A DNA stretch of 64,000 nucleotides from contig CAYNQM010000001.1 of assembly GCA_964399275.1 (NCBI GenBank), positions 29,463 to 93,462 on the forward strand, given 5' to 3'. This document shows positions 29,293-40,233 of the stretch, piece by piece. Made by a program: the position numbers and the translations under genes. The stretch comes from an uncultured Haladaptatus sp. GTDB lineage: Archaea > Halobacteriota > Halobacteria > Halobacteriales > Haladaptataceae. The number at the start of each line of letters is the position of its first letter. The stretch's first letter is position 1. The notes beneath the pieces were generated by a model that was not told the origin of the DNA, did no database searches, and saw only the letters and a list, made by a program, of their open reading frames with translations.

Positions 29293-31509
29293 TCAGTTCT
29301 CTACGACGTCGGTTTGACCCTCGTCCGCGCCGTCGAGCGGTTCGCTGTCCCAGTAGGCGTGATTCGGGTCTTCCCGGAAACACGCCGCCTTCCCGTCCGC
29401 GTCGTCGATGTCCTGCAACTCCGGCTTTTGCTGGCGACACGCCTCGCGGGCGACGGGACAGCGCGTGTGGAACCGACAGCCCGATGGTGGGTCAACCGGG
29501 TCGGGCACGTCTATCTCCCGAATCGGCGGGTCTTCGGCTTCCATTTCGTCGAGGTCGAGGTTCGGCGTCGCCCAGCGGAGCACCTCCGTGTAGGGGTGAC
29601 GCGGGTCGTGGATGAGCCGCTCGGCCGAGCCGATTTCGACGATTTCGCCGAGGTACATGACCGCGATGCGACCGTCCCCGTGCTCGGCGAAGTACCGCGC
29701 GTTCGAGAGATCGTGGGAGATGAACAGGAACGAGGTGTCGAACTCCGTCTGGAGTTCCAGCATCAAGTCCATAATCTCGATGCGGAGCGAGACGTCCACC
29801 GCGCTAATCGCTTCGTCGGCCAGTATCGCGTCCGGATCCATCAACAGCGCCCGAGCGAGTGCGACGCGCTGTTTTTCGCCGCCCGAGAGCTGATGCGGGT
29901 ATCGGTCGAGGAAGTCACCCGGCGGCGTCATGCCGACTCGTTCGATGAGCGAATGAATCCGTGCTCGACGTTCGTTGCTACTGATGTTCGGGTGGGTGTG
30001 TCGGAGCGGTTCCGAGAGGGTGTCCACGATACGTCGATTCGGATTGAGCGAGCTTCCCGGGTCTTGATGGATTATCTGGAGCGCCGACCGGACTTCGGAG
30101 AACGGGATGTCGGCGTTGCCGGCTTTCGCCTCCCAGATGTCGTGTCCGCGATACTCTATCGACCCGCCGGTCGGGCGCTGGAGTCCAATCATCGTCTTCC
30201 CGAGCGTCGTCTTCCCACAGCCGCTTTCGCCGAGAAGACAGACGAGGTCTTGCTCTTCGATGTCGAGTGAGACGCCATCGACGGCCCTGACGGTGTCCGG
30301 GTCCCCGCTGAACCGGTCGAACAGCCCTTGTTCTTTCTCGAAGTGGACTTCGACGTCGTCCAGCGACAACAGCGGCGGTTCCTCGGTGTCGCGGCTCCTG
30401 CCGGACGCGATCGATTCCACTGCGCCCGATTTGAGCGGTTCCACCTCGGTGCTCGTCTCACCGAAGTTGAGTGGTATTTCCTCGCGGGCGTCTCGCCAGT
30501 GGTGACAGGCCGTGCGGTGTTGCTCACCGTCCTGAATCGGCGCAAACGGTGGGTCTTCGACCCGGCACTCCTCGGTTGCGAGCGGACAGCGCGGGTGGAA
30601 TCGGCATCCGGACGGGACGTTCACCGGAGCAGGTCCTTCGCCCTCGATGGGTTGCATCTCCTCTAGCGGAGCGTCTAGATTCGGCGTTGCGTTCAACAAC
30701 TCCCGCGTGTAGGGATGCGCCGAGTTGCCGATTACTTCGTCTCGCGGACCGATCTCCGCGAACTGGAACGCGTAGATGATGGCCATCCTGTCGGCCAGCG
30801 ACGCGACCAGCGGTAGGTCGTGCGTGATGAAGATAATCGTCAGGTCGTACGTCTCCTGGAGGTCGGCGAGCAGTTGCAGGATCGACCGTTGCATCAACAG
30901 GTCGAGCGCCGCCGTCGGCTCGTCCATCACCAGCACCTCCGGGTCGAGAACCATGCTCAGCGCGATGAGCGCCCGCTGTTGCATCCCGCCGGAGAGTTCG
31001 TGGGGGTACGAATCGAGCACTCGCTCGGGTTCCAAGTAGAGGTTTTCGAGGAGTTCCCGGGCGAACGCCATTCCCTCGGAGACGTCCTTGTCGTGGGTCA
31101 TGAGCGTCTCCTTGAAATGCGACCCAATCTTCATCGTCGGGTTGAACGAACTCATCGCGCCCTGGAACACCATCGATATCTCTTCCCAGCGGAACTGTCG
31201 GAGTTCTTCGTCGCTCAGCTCCAACACGTCCACGGTCGAACCATCCTCCCGATTGTAGAGAATCTGGCCCGTGAGGACGCCGGGGTCGGGGACGGCGTCG
31301 AGCAGTGCGGACGCGAACATTGACTTTCCGCTCCCGCTCTCGCCGACGATACCGAGCACTTCCTCCCGCTCGATGTCTACGTTGACGTCTTCGAGGACGT
31401 AGTTCTCGCCCCCGCTGTAGGTGACGTTGGTGTCCCTGATTTCGAGAATCGGGTCGCTGACGACGCTGTTCGACGCTGTTCTGTCGCTGGATACTCTGTC
31501 GGTAGCCAT
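29293..31509 (-). CDS. Opp/Dpp-type ABC ATPase, fused OppD-OppF
   Basis: Two Walker A motifs (GESGSGKS, GESGCGKT), two LSGG signatures and two C-terminal GCRFHxRCP oligo-HPY domains. Confidence 0.95.
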   Translation of the reverse strand: MATDRVSSDRTASNSVVSDPILEIRDTNVTYSGGENYVLEDVNVDIEREEVLGIVGESGSGKSMFASALLDAVPDPGVLTGQILYNREDGSTVDVLELSDEELRQFRWEEISMVFQGAMSSFNPTMKIGSHFKETLMTHDKDVSEGMAFARELLENLYLEPERVLDSYPHELSGGMQQRALIALSMVLDPEVLVMDEPTAALDLLMQRSILQLLADLQETYDLTIIFITHDLPLVASLADRMAIIYAFQFAEIGPRDEVIGNSAHPYTRELLNATPNLDAPLEEMQPIEGEGPAPVNVPSGCRFHPRCPLATEECRVEDPPFAPIQDGEQHRTACHHWRDAREEIPLNFGETSTEVEPLKSGAVESIASGRSRDTEEPPLLSLDDVEVHFEKEQGLFDRFSGDPDTVRAVDGVSLDIEEQDLVCLLGESGCGKTTLGKTMIGLQRPTGGSIEYRGHDIWEAKAGNADIPFSEVRSALQIIHQDPGSSLNPNRRIVDTLSEPLRHTHPNISSNERRARIHSLIERVGMTPPGDFLDRYPHQLSGGEKQRVALARALLMDPDAILADEAISAVDVSLRIEIMDLMLELQTEFDTSFLFISHDLSNARYFAEHGDGRIAVMYLGEIVEIGSAERLIHDPRHPYTEVLRWATPNLDLDEMEAEDPPIREIDVPDPVDPPSGCRFHTRCPVAREACRQQKPELQDIDDADGKAACFREDPNHAYWDSEPLDGADEGQTDVVEN

Positions 31510-32526
31510 TTACATCATCTCCGTAGTCGACGTACTGCTCTCCTCCTCGATGGACTCCGACTCGCCCGTGAGTCGGGTTCGAACCCGCGGATTGAAGATT
31601 CGATCCATCCCCTGACTCACCAGAATGAGTCCGAAGGACAACCCGACGATGGCGATAATTGGAACGAGGAGCCAGTGGAATGCCTGCATGGTAAACAGGC
31701 CACCTTGTTCGTACGCATTGTTCAACGTGACGCCCCAGTTCACCCCGGTGTAGGGAAGCACGCCGATGATGTACAGCCCGACGGACGCGAAGATGGTGTA
31801 GCGCGCGGCGAGCACGAAGTTCACCATCACGTACGGCATGATGTTCGGAAGCACGTCCTTGACGATGATGCGCGGCGTACTCGTTCCCATCGTTCTGGAG
31901 GCTTCGACGTAGCTCGCCTCCCGGATAGAAAGCACCTGCGACCGTATCGAGCGCCCCAGTCCTGCCCAGTAGTTGATGGTCAGGATGACCCCGAGGAAAA
32001 TCGGGTTCTCGGGACTGAACGCCATCGCTAACACGATGACCAGCGGAAGTCCCGGAATCGCCATGAAGAAGTCGGAAATCGACGTGATGGCGGTATCGAC
32101 TGTCCCGCCCTTGTATCCCGAGACGGTTCCGACGAGGATGGCGATACCCGTCGCCCAGACACCGCCCGCGGCCACCATCAAAAGGATGAACGGCGTGGAG
32201 TCGATGATGAGCGCGAGCAGGTCGACGCCCGATAGGGTCGTCCCGAGCGGGTACGACCAGTTCTGGAACGGTTTGATGAGCTGACCGGCCTGATTGGTAC
32301 TCGGCTCGCGCCAGAGTCCGAGCACCGCCACGGCGGCCATCAGGAAGTAGACGCTCAGGATGAGGATGCCGAGTCGCGTTCGCGTGTCCGACCACGCGAC
32401 TACGGCCGGTTCGTACACCAACCGCCGGTACTTCTCTTTCAATCGGTCGCGTCGGCTCATTTCGACCGACGAGGAACCGGAGCGCCAATCGATTTCGTCC
32501 GAAGCGGTGTCCGTCTCAGTAGCCAT
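31510..32526 (-). CDS. Opp/Dpp-type ABC permease (DppC-like)
   Basis: YPLGT motif, EAA loop (YVEASRTMG), VLPN and NPR tail. Confidence 0.93.
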   Translation of the reverse strand: MATETDTASDEIDWRSGSSSVEMSRRDRLKEKYRRLVYEPAVVAWSDTRTRLGILILSVYFLMAAVAVLGLWREPSTNQAGQLIKPFQNWSYPLGTTLSGVDLLALIIDSTPFILLMVAAGGVWATGIAILVGTVSGYKGGTVDTAITSISDFFMAIPGLPLVIVLAMAFSPENPIFLGVILTINYWAGLGRSIRSQVLSIREASYVEASRTMGTSTPRIIVKDVLPNIMPYVMVNFVLAARYTIFASVGLYIIGVLPYTGVNWGVTLNNAYEQGGLFTMQAFHWLLVPIIAIVGLSFGLILVSQGMDRIFNPRVRTRLTGESESIEEESSTSTTEMM

Positions 32527-33514
32527 CGGAATCACCTGTGCTGATGCGGGGGTCGATGAGTCCGTAGGTCATATCCGCGACGAACACCGCGACGACGAGC
32601 GTCACCGTGATGACGAGGAAACATCCCATCATGAGCGGATAGTCGTTCGCAAAGACCGCGGCTATCATGTAGTCGCCCAGCCCCGGGTACGAGAATATCT
32701 CTTCGAGCACGACGGTTCCACCGAGTCGGAACCCGATCAACAGGAGCAGCCCCGTGTACATCGGGAGGATGGCGTTCTTGGCGACGTATCGCGTCGCGAT
32801 TCGAGTGTCGGAAAGTCCCCGTAGTCTGGCGACTTCGACGTACTCCTCGCCGAGCACCTGTATCCCGTTTCCTCGCATGTTGAGCGCCGTCGAGCCGATG
32901 CCGCCGATGGTGAACGCGAGAATGGGGAGCGCGGCGTGACGAAGGACGCTCACGTAGTAGTCCACTCCGATGGACGGAGTGAGTCCCCGCGTGTGCGCAC
33001 CGCCGGTGGGGAAGTATCCCCATTGGAACGCCAGCAGAAACAGGAAGATGACGGCGAAGATGTAGTACGGCACTGACATCAGGAATATCGACCCGCTCGA
33101 GACCAGCTTGTCGAACCTTGAGCCTTCCCAGTACGCCTGAATCGAACCGATGAGGACGCCGCCGACGAACATCAACACCGTCGAAGTCACGACGAGGAAG
33201 ACCGTCCACGGAAGCGCCCGTGCGATAATGTTCACGACCGGCTCGTTGAGCGAAATCGACTGCCCGAGGTCGAGTTGGACAACACCAGCCATGTAATCGA
33301 AGTACTGCACGTAGAGCGGCGCGTCGGGTCTGATGTTTTGCAGTGCTTCGATACGAGCGTTGACCTGCTCGACCGGAACGCCCTGACGGATGAGCTGAAG
33401 TCGGAGTCGCGTGAACGGGCCTCCGGGGAGCAGTCGAATCAACCCGAACGTGAGCGTTGCGGCTGCGAATATAGTCAGCGGGATTCTTGCTGCCCGTCTG
33501 AGGTAGTATTTCAT
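32516..33514 (-). CDS. Opp/Dpp-type ABC permease (DppB-like)
   Basis: LLPGGP, DLGQSI, YVEVARLRGL, EEIFSYPGLG, NDYPL and IDPRI. Confidence 0.93.
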   Translation of the reverse strand: MKYYLRRAARIPLTIFAAATLTFGLIRLLPGGPFTRLRLQLIRQGVPVEQVNARIEALQNIRPDAPLYVQYFDYMAGVVQLDLGQSISLNEPVVNIIARALPWTVFLVVTSTVLMFVGGVLIGSIQAYWEGSRFDKLVSSGSIFLMSVPYYIFAVIFLFLLAFQWGYFPTGGAHTRGLTPSIGVDYYVSVLRHAALPILAFTIGGIGSTALNMRGNGIQVLGEEYVEVARLRGLSDTRIATRYVAKNAILPMYTGLLLLIGFRLGGTVVLEEIFSYPGLGDYMIAAVFANDYPLMMGCFLVITVTLVVAVFVADMTYGLIDPRISTGDSDGY

Positions 33515-33543
33515 TGTTGTAGCGTAGTAGCGAGATTCACGGA

Positions 33544-35307
33544 CTATCCTTTGTACTGCAGGTCACCCTCGTGGAGCCACCAGAACTGCGGCCATTTGAC
33601 GCGCCGATTCGGACTGTTTTTATCGGCCTCCGTCCAATCGTCGTTCGTCGTCCACGACTGCTCGAACTTGGACACCAGTCCCAAGAACGGCAGTTCGATG
33701 TGGTTGTGCCACGCCGACTGCTGAACGAACTTTCGTGCCTTGTCGTCGTTCGACTGTTGTGCGATTTTCTCGGTCACTTTCAGCGGATTGAGCGTCATCT
33801 CCCCGCCGTTTCGGCCGGGAATCGTCTGCTCGGAGTCCGCTTTCTCGCGGTAGCCGTGGCCGCCTCCGATGTCGGTCGCCCACAGTTGGTAGTACAGCGG
33901 GAAGTACGGGAACGACGACCGCGATCCGCCCGGAAGCCAGTATAAGCTTCCCATTTTGAAGTTGCTCTTGGAGTACTGGTTGAACCAGTCGTTCGTCGGC
34001 TTCGTCGACACCGAGAAGTCGAAGCCGAATTCGTTCAACTGGTCGACGACCGTTTGTGTCATCGTCGTCCAGTCGGTCCAGCCCGCGGGCGAGTAGTATT
34101 TTCCGCCGAGCGTGTTACCGCTGCCGTCCGTCCACTTGCCACCTTGCTTGGAGTACCCGGCGTCCTTGAGGAGTTGGGCGGCTTTACCCGTTTGCTTCGA
34201 TTTTGGCCCGTAGGTCTCGAAGTCATCGTACCAATCGCCGAGCCACGATTTCTGGTCTTTGGGCGCGATGCCACAGGGAATGGGTGCCACGAACTTCGTT
34301 CGCGGACCGGCGTTGTCCACGAGATTCTGTCTGTTGATGACGTGCGCAACCGCCTGCCGGACGGCCCGCTTTCCGAAGTGGGGGTCGCTGTGGTTGAAGA
34401 CGATGCCGTATCCCCATTTTGCGGGAATGTTGACTTCCACGACGTTCTTCGGGAACTTCTTGGCAATCGCGGGCGGCGTGAACAGACTCGTCGCCGCATC
34501 GACCTTCGTCCCCGACATGAGCGCCTGGTGTTGCGCAGTGTTTCCACCGTAGCTCTCGATGAGGTATTTGCTGAAGTTGACGTTGTCCGCGTTGTAGAAC
34601 TTGGGATTCCGCTTGAACTCGAACGCCTGTTGGTCTTTGTTGACGAACGACATCGCTCCGCTGGCGACCGGGTCTTCCCACGCCCACTGCAGGAACTCGG
34701 CTTCGCCCTTGTCGAGCCACTGCTCGTGGGTTTCTTTTTTCGTATCCACGAAGAAGTTCGTCAGTTCGAACTTGACAATCTGGGGGTTAGTCGGCCCGGA
34801 CAGCATCAGCTTGGCCTTCTTCTTGCCGAGGATTTCGAAATCGTCGAGGTAGCCCCAGAGAGAGCTTCCCGTCTTCTTCGCCAACTTCAGTTGCACTTCG
34901 AGGTCGTCGGTCGTCCAATCGTCACCGTTGTCCCACTTCAAATCGTCGCGGAAGGTGAGCGTGACCTCTTGCCCCTCTATCTGCAAATCGTCGAGCGCAC
35001 CGAGCAGGAACTTGCCCTTATTGAACGAATATTTGATGAAAGGCGCGAAGACGGCTCTTCCCGCGGGCCAACTGTAGTTTTGGCTCGCCGACGAGTTGAA
35101 GTGAAGGTCCACGGGATTGCCGGTGTAAGCGTTGACGTACGTGGCGTTCTGAACCTTGTCCGAGTTCGGCCCGTTGTTGGTATTGTTGTTGTTGTCTCCG
35201 CTAGAACAACCTGCGAGCGCCGCGATTCCTGACGCCCCTGCCGCTGCTAACATCTGCCGACGACTGATTACGTCGGGGTACGCATCCCGACGGCTATCAG
35301 ATGACAT
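33544..35307 (-). CDS. Family-5 ABC substrate-binding lipoprotein (probable xylo-/aldouronic oligosaccharide binding)
   Basis: Tat motif SRRQML, lipobox LAGC, Asn-rich linker and SBP5 motifs LKWDNG and VRQAVAHVINR. Start set at ATG 35307. Confidence 0.9.
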   Translation of the reverse strand: MSSDSRRDAYPDVISRRQMLAAAGASGIAALAGCSSGDNNNNTNNGPNSDKVQNATYVNAYTGNPVDLHFNSSASQNYSWPAGRAVFAPFIKYSFNKGKFLLGALDDLQIEGQEVTLTFRDDLKWDNGDDWTTDDLEVQLKLAKKTGSSLWGYLDDFEILGKKKAKLMLSGPTNPQIVKFELTNFFVDTKKETHEQWLDKGEAEFLQWAWEDPVASGAMSFVNKDQQAFEFKRNPKFYNADNVNFSKYLIESYGGNTAQHQALMSGTKVDAATSLFTPPAIAKKFPKNVVEVNIPAKWGYGIVFNHSDPHFGKRAVRQAVAHVINRQNLVDNAGPRTKFVAPIPCGIAPKDQKSWLGDWYDDFETYGPKSKQTGKAAQLLKDAGYSKQGGKWTDGSGNTLGGKYYSPAGWTDWTTMTQTVVDQLNEFGFDFSVSTKPTNDWFNQYSKSNFKMGSLYWLPGGSRSSFPYFPLYYQLWATDIGGGHGYREKADSEQTIPGRNGGEMTLNPLKVTEKIAQQSNDDKARKFVQQSAWHNHIELPFLGLVSKFEQSWTTNDDWTEADKNSPNRRVKWPQFWWLHEGDLQYKG

Positions 35308-35334
35308 AACATGGAACACATTGACAAAGGTAGG

Positions 35335-35341
35335 ATATAAA
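35335..35341 (-). promoter_or_regulatory. Archaeal TATA box of the ABC operon
   Basis: TTTATAT on the minus strand 28-34 bp upstream of ATG 35307. Confidence 0.55.
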
Positions 35342-35414
35342 TATTATGGATATCATTTCAAATGTCCTGGCTGAAATTGGTAAGCCGTTGGTTTCGTGTC
35401 GATGCGCTCCTCGC

Positions 35415-36515
35415 TCAGTTCCGGGCGTTAGATGCGGGTTCGACGCTGACTGCTTCGCCGGTCTCACCCGCTTCGTAGATAGCCGCCATCGCCCGCATGT
35501 CCGTCAAGGCGTGGTCGCCGTCCGCGTGCGGTCGCTCGCCACTGAGCAGGCAGTCGGCGAAGTAGTCGAACTCCTCGGTCATCTGGTTCACCGGCGGTAC
35601 CTGCACCTCGGTCGTCGTCTCCCCGCGACGAACGGTCATGAAACGCGTTTGATCGGGGTAGAAGACGGGTTCGAGCACTATCTCGCCCTCGGTTCCGACG
35701 ACTCGGAAGTGACTCGCTCGCTGAGCGTTCTGACTGGCGGTGGCGCTGACGACCGTCCCGTCGTCGTAGACGAGTTCGAAACTGGCGTGTTCGTCCGGCA
35801 CGTCGCCGAATCCCGTTGACTCCGAGCGGAGATTCGCCCTGGCCGAGACCGGGTCGGCTTCGAGGACGAACCGTGCGGTGTTGAGCGGATAGATGCCGAG
35901 ATCCATCACGGTCGCGCCGTAACCCGTCAAGTCGGGATCGAGCCGCCACTGGTCGGGATTCGGGATGACGTCGAGCAGTGGCTGTGACATGTGGCCGTGA
36001 ATCTGCACCGGGTCGCCGATGTCGCCCTCCTCGATTATCTCCCGCGTTCGACGGACGGCGGGGTCGGTCTGCATTCGGTAGGCGACCATCAGCGGCGTGT
36101 CGGTGTCGGCACAGCAGTCCACGACCCGTTCTGCGCGCTCGACCGACGCCTCCATCGGCTTCTCGCAGAGGACTGGTTTGCCGAACTCCGCGGCGGCTTC
36201 CACGTAGGGGAGGTGGAGCGCGTTCGGCGTGACGATGTAGACAGCGTCGTAAGCGTCCTGCGCCGCACCGTCGAGGAACTCCTCGTAGGTCAGTGCGTGC
36301 GTGACGTCGTCGTGGTCGTCGGCGACCGCAGCCGCCTTCTCGCTCGACCCGCTGACGACCACTGCGTTCTCGCCGAACGTTGACGACGCTATCGCGGGCA
36401 TCGCTTCTTCTCTCGTCCACCAACCGAGTCCAATCAGCGCGAACCGAACCGTTCCTTCGTTGGAACGTTGCCAGTCGCGCCGAGCAAACTCGTCTATCGG
36501 TAGCTCGAACGTCAT
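35415..36515 (-). CDS. xacA: D-xylose 1-dehydrogenase (Gfo/Idh/MocA family)
   Basis: [33 protein letters not shown] and [12 protein letters not shown], typical of haloarchaeal xylose dehydrogenase. Start set at ATG 36515. Confidence 0.82.
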   Translation of the reverse strand: MTFELPIDEFARRDWQRSNEGTVRFALIGLGWWTREEAMPAIASSTFGENAVVVSGSSEKAAAVADDHDDVTHALTYEEFLDGAAQDAYDAVYIVTPNALHLPYVEAAAEFGKPVLCEKPMEASVERAERVVDCCADTDTPLMVAYRMQTDPAVRRTREIIEEGDIGDPVQIHGHMSQPLLDVIPNPDQWRLDPDLTGYGATVMDLGIYPLNTARFVLEADPVSARANLRSESTGFGDVPDEHASFELVYDDGTVVSATASQNAQRASHFRVVGTEGEIVLEPVFYPDQTRFMTVRRGETTTEVQVPPVNQMTEEFDYFADCLLSGERPHADGDHALTDMRAMAAIYEAGETGEAVSVEPASNARN

Positions 36516-36882
36516 ACACACTCCTGTGACGGACACCTACAAATATCCTTGTACTGTGCCATCTTTTCGCGCCACCGGTTCGTTGCCACGTCGGTTCTCG
36601 CGCTCGGGTGAGGCCACGTCGCCGACCTGATTTCGACAAACGTCGTATAAAGATACAAATACTGTCGAACATTCGATGGAGTCGATGCAATCGACCTGTC
36701 CCAAATGCCGCAGTCGAGTCGAGCGCACGAATTACGGTAGCGTCGTCTGCTTCAACTGCGGGTACGCGCCTCGACACGGTGCGGACTGACCACCGCCGCA
36801 ACCGACGAACGAAACGCTCGTCCCCGAGTAGCAACTGCTCCCTGCATCTTCGGCGATAAGCGATTTCCGGGGTTTGGCCCGG

Positions 36883-39114
36883 CTACGCCGACGAACCGTC
36901 GATACGAACCGACGATTCGTGTTCCCCGACGAACACGCGATACTCCCCGGATTCGACGACGTGACCTTCCGGTGGTCGATAGTAGCCGAACGCCGACGCG
37001 GGAATTGACACGGTTCGTTCGACAGACTCGCCGGGGTCGAGTTCGACGCGCTCGAACCCAACCAGCGTCCGCTCGGGCCTGACGCGCGAACTCGTCTGCT
37101 GGCGGGCGTACACCTGTATCGTCTCGGTGCCGGTTCTATCGCCAACGTTCGAGAGGCTGACTGTGACGTCGATCGTTCCATCAGCATCGACCGGGTCGGT
37201 CGGCACCGTCACGGCGTCGTACTCGAACGTGGTGTAACTCAGCCCGTGACCGAATGGATACAGCGGGTCGTAGGAGGGCGGATGTTCGTCGTCGCCAATC
37301 GGACAGGGATGGGCGAGGTAGTCGTGATGTTGGGGCAGGTCGCCCATCGAGCGCGGGATGGAGACGGGCAACCGGCCACTCGGGTCGTTCTCCCCGAACA
37401 GCGTCTCCGCGACGGTGGGCCCGCCTTCGCTTCCCGGATAGTACGCCATGAGGATCGCCGATACGTTCTCGGCCATCCAATCGACGATGAGCGGACGGCC
37501 CGTCACGAGGACGCCGACAACCGGCGTTCCGGTCGCGTGGACGCGCTGGACGAGTTCGCGCTGTGCGTCCGAGAGACGGAGTTCGGAACGGGTCGGCCAC
37601 TCGCCGGTATCGACGCCCGCCTGCGCGGACGGCCCGAACTCGTGGAGATACCACCCTTCGCCGAGCGCGAGCACTGCGACGTCCGCCGCGCTCGCTTTCT
37701 CGACTGCGGCGTCGATGTCTCGCTCCTCGTTGAGGGTCGTCCCTTTCTCGTAGGTGAGCGAGCCACCGAGGCGTGATCTCATCGCCTCCCGAATCGTCTT
37801 CCCCGGGACGCCGTCCGGGCTTTGGACGCTCCAGCCGCCGAGTTGGTGGACGAGGTCGTCCGCGTTTGGCCCACCCAAGAACACGTCTTCTTCGCCGGTC
37901 AGCGGGAGCAGTCCGTCGTTTTCCAAGAGCGTCATCGACTCCCGGGAGGCGTCGCGGGCGACCTGCCGGTGGGCTTCCCGCCCGAGCGTCTCGTGTGCGG
38001 TGTCGAGTTCGACGTAGGGGTCTTCGAACAGCCCCAGTTCGAACTTCAGGCGGAGAACCCGCCGGACGCTCTCGTTTAGCGTTTCTTCGTCCACGTCGCC
38101 GTCCTCGACGAGGTCAACGAGGTGCTCGGCCGCCTCGACGTGTCCGACCGATTCGATATCGAGTCCGGCAACGCGAGACTGACGAACCCCGTCGCGGCGG
38201 TTCGACGCGGTGCGGTGGTCTTGGTGTAGGTGCCTGACGCCGTTCCAGTCCGAGACGACGTGCCCCTCGAATCCCAGTTCGTCGCGGAGCAGTTCTCGGA
38301 GCAGTCCTGACGATCCGTGCGACGGTTCGCCGTTTATCGAGTTGTACGACGGCATCACGGACGCCACGCCAGCGTCGAGCGCGCTCTCGAACGGGCCGAG
38401 GAACACATTCCGAAGTTTGTACTCGGAGATATCGACCGGCGAGGCATCCTCGCCACGCTCGGGTTCGCTGTAGGCCGGGAAATGTTTGGCCGTGGCGACG
38501 ACGCCGTCTGGGTCGCCGACGCCGTCGCCTTGATAGCCGTGTACCTTTGCCGTCGTCATCTCGGTACAGAGTCGCGGACTCTCGCCGAACGTCTCGAAGA
38601 TTCGCCCCCAGCGCGGGTCGCGTCCCACGTCGCACGTCGGCGAATAGTTCTGGTGGGCACCCACGCGGCGCGTCTCGACGGCCGTTATCGCGGCGGCGTC
38701 CTCGACGAGTTCCGGGTTCCACGTCGCTGCAGTGCCCAAGTTGTTCGGGAAGACCGTGGCCCCGGCGACGTAGGCGTTGCCGTGGACGGCATCGACGTTC
38801 AGCAAAAGTGGAATCCCCAATCGAGTCTCCTCGGTCGCAAACTGCTGGAGTTCGGTCGCCGCCGCGACGGCTTCCTCCACGTCTCGCGCGTGGGCCCCGC
38901 CCCAACCGAACGGAGCCGCGACGCCGAGATGATGGTCTCGAATCGCCCGTTTCACGTCGTCTAGGTCGTGTTTCACGCCTAACTTCCCGGCCCACGTCCC
39001 CACCACCTGTCCAGCCTTTTCCGCCGTCGTCATGCGGTCGAGAAGGTCTTCGACCCGCTCTTCGGTTGGGCGTTCCGGCCGTCGATACGAATCGTCCGGT
39101 GGTTGTGTCGTCAT
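36883..39114 (-). CDS. GH3 beta-glycosidase (beta-glucosidase/xylosidase), second paralog
   Basis: DAVHG, RDPRWGRIFETFGE, KHF, VSDW and PLYPFGHGLSYT, with Fn3-like tail. No signal peptide. Confidence 0.9.
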   Translation of the reverse strand: MTTQPPDDSYRRPERPTEERVEDLLDRMTTAEKAGQVVGTWAGKLGVKHDLDDVKRAIRDHHLGVAAPFGWGGAHARDVEEAVAAATELQQFATEETRLGIPLLLNVDAVHGNAYVAGATVFPNNLGTAATWNPELVEDAAAITAVETRRVGAHQNYSPTCDVGRDPRWGRIFETFGESPRLCTEMTTAKVHGYQGDGVGDPDGVVATAKHFPAYSEPERGEDASPVDISEYKLRNVFLGPFESALDAGVASVMPSYNSINGEPSHGSSGLLRELLRDELGFEGHVVSDWNGVRHLHQDHRTASNRRDGVRQSRVAGLDIESVGHVEAAEHLVDLVEDGDVDEETLNESVRRVLRLKFELGLFEDPYVELDTAHETLGREAHRQVARDASRESMTLLENDGLLPLTGEEDVFLGGPNADDLVHQLGGWSVQSPDGVPGKTIREAMRSRLGGSLTYEKGTTLNEERDIDAAVEKASAADVAVLALGEGWYLHEFGPSAQAGVDTGEWPTRSELRLSDAQRELVQRVHATGTPVVGVLVTGRPLIVDWMAENVSAILMAYYPGSEGGPTVAETLFGENDPSGRLPVSIPRSMGDLPQHHDYLAHPCPIGDDEHPPSYDPLYPFGHGLSYTTFEYDAVTVPTDPVDADGTIDVTVSLSNVGDRTGTETIQVYARQQTSSRVRPERTLVGFERVELDPGESVERTVSIPASAFGYYRPPEGHVVESGEYRVFVGEHESSVRIDGSSA

Positions 39115-39268
39115 CAAGTACTCAATTGGGAGTAAATAGTAAAAAACTTCGTCCGCGTCTTTCGTGCCGGTTCGACGCCTGATCGACGTTCGCTGGACGC
39201 TGCTCTGGACGACAGAGTCGGTTCGTGTCCGTCGTCGCGTCAGTGCGGTACCGTCTTCGCGTCGGTCG

Positions 39269-40153
39269 TCAGACTACGATGGTGTCGTTGACGAGGGTTC
39301 CGATGCTGTCGATAGTGATGGATACGCGGTCTCCTTCGATGAGCGTGAACGTGTCCGGGGGCACGAGTCCCGTCCCCGTGAGGAGGACGACCGTGTCCGG
39401 CAGGTTGTTGTGCCGACGGAGGTACTCGACGAGTTTCTCACAGTTCGTCGCCATCTCGCTCGTCGAGGTCGAATCCTCGTGAACGATTTCGCCGTCGCGT
39501 TCGATGGAGAGCGACATCGAGAGGTCGTGTGGGTCGCCGACCGTTCCCTCCGTCGCGACGCACGGTCCGACCGCGCAACTGCGGTCGTACACCTTCGCCT
39601 GCGGGAGGTAGAGAGGGTTTTCCCCCTCGATGTCGCGGCTCGATACGTCGTTTCCGACGGTGTAGCCGACGACGTCGCCTCGATGAAGGACGACGCCCAG
39701 TTCGGGTTCCGGAACGTCCCAGTCGGAGTCGCCTCGGACGCCGATGGCGTCGCGCGGACCGACCGTTCGAGACGGCGTCGCCTTCAAAAACAGTTCGGGA
39801 CGCTCGCCTTCGTACACGTCGAGGTAGACCTCGGGTTTCCCGCTCTCCGCTTCGCGGGCTTTCTCACTGATGTAGTACGTGACTCCCGCGGCCCACACCT
39901 CGTCTGCGACGACCGGTAGACCAGCGGACTGTTCGACTTCGCCGGGCGGAACGGACTCCGCGTCCGGAATCCGGTCGCGTGCGATCTCGTCGAGCGAACG
40001 ATCGCTGGCGTTCGCAGTCCGCGCGAGGTCGGTAAATGACCCCAAATCGGCCGAGGCAGTCGTCAGGTCGTACGCGTCACCGTGGTCGTCCACGACAACG
40101 AGGGAGTCCATGGCTGGACACCGTTCTCCACTAGGGAGTCGGTAATAGCGCAT
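39269..40153 (-). CDS. xacE: 2-keto-3-deoxyxylonate dehydratase (FAH family)
   Basis: EVWAAGVTY, RPELFLKA, VPEPEL, GNDVSSRDIEGENPLYLPQAKVY and LLTGTG. Confidence 0.88.
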   Translation of the reverse strand: MRYYRLPSGERCPAMDSLVVVDDHGDAYDLTTASADLGSFTDLARTANASDRSLDEIARDRIPDAESVPPGEVEQSAGLPVVADEVWAAGVTYYISEKAREAESGKPEVYLDVYEGERPELFLKATPSRTVGPRDAIGVRGDSDWDVPEPELGVVLHRGDVVGYTVGNDVSSRDIEGENPLYLPQAKVYDRSCAVGPCVATEGTVGDPHDLSMSLSIERDGEIVHEDSTSTSEMATNCEKLVEYLRRHNNLPDTVVLLTGTGLVPPDTFTLIEGDRVSITIDSIGTLVNDTIVV

Positions 40154-40233
40154 ACACACTCATTGTGGAAGGTGCTTAAGAGAGTATCGGCATTTGACAC
40201 ATGAACTAGAAGTTGTGAGCGTTTCGGGCGCTG

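Noticed and set aside
26957-32488. Long alternative-frame ORFs (606 aa, 654 aa) and many antisense ORFs across the window
   Set aside because: These are shadow ORFs expected in GC-rich DNA. They are R/G/P-rich, have no motifs and overlap well-supported genes.
35170-35195. (TTG)n microsatellite-like tract
   Set aside because: It encodes the Asn-rich linker after the SBP lipobox, an ordinary low-complexity tether.
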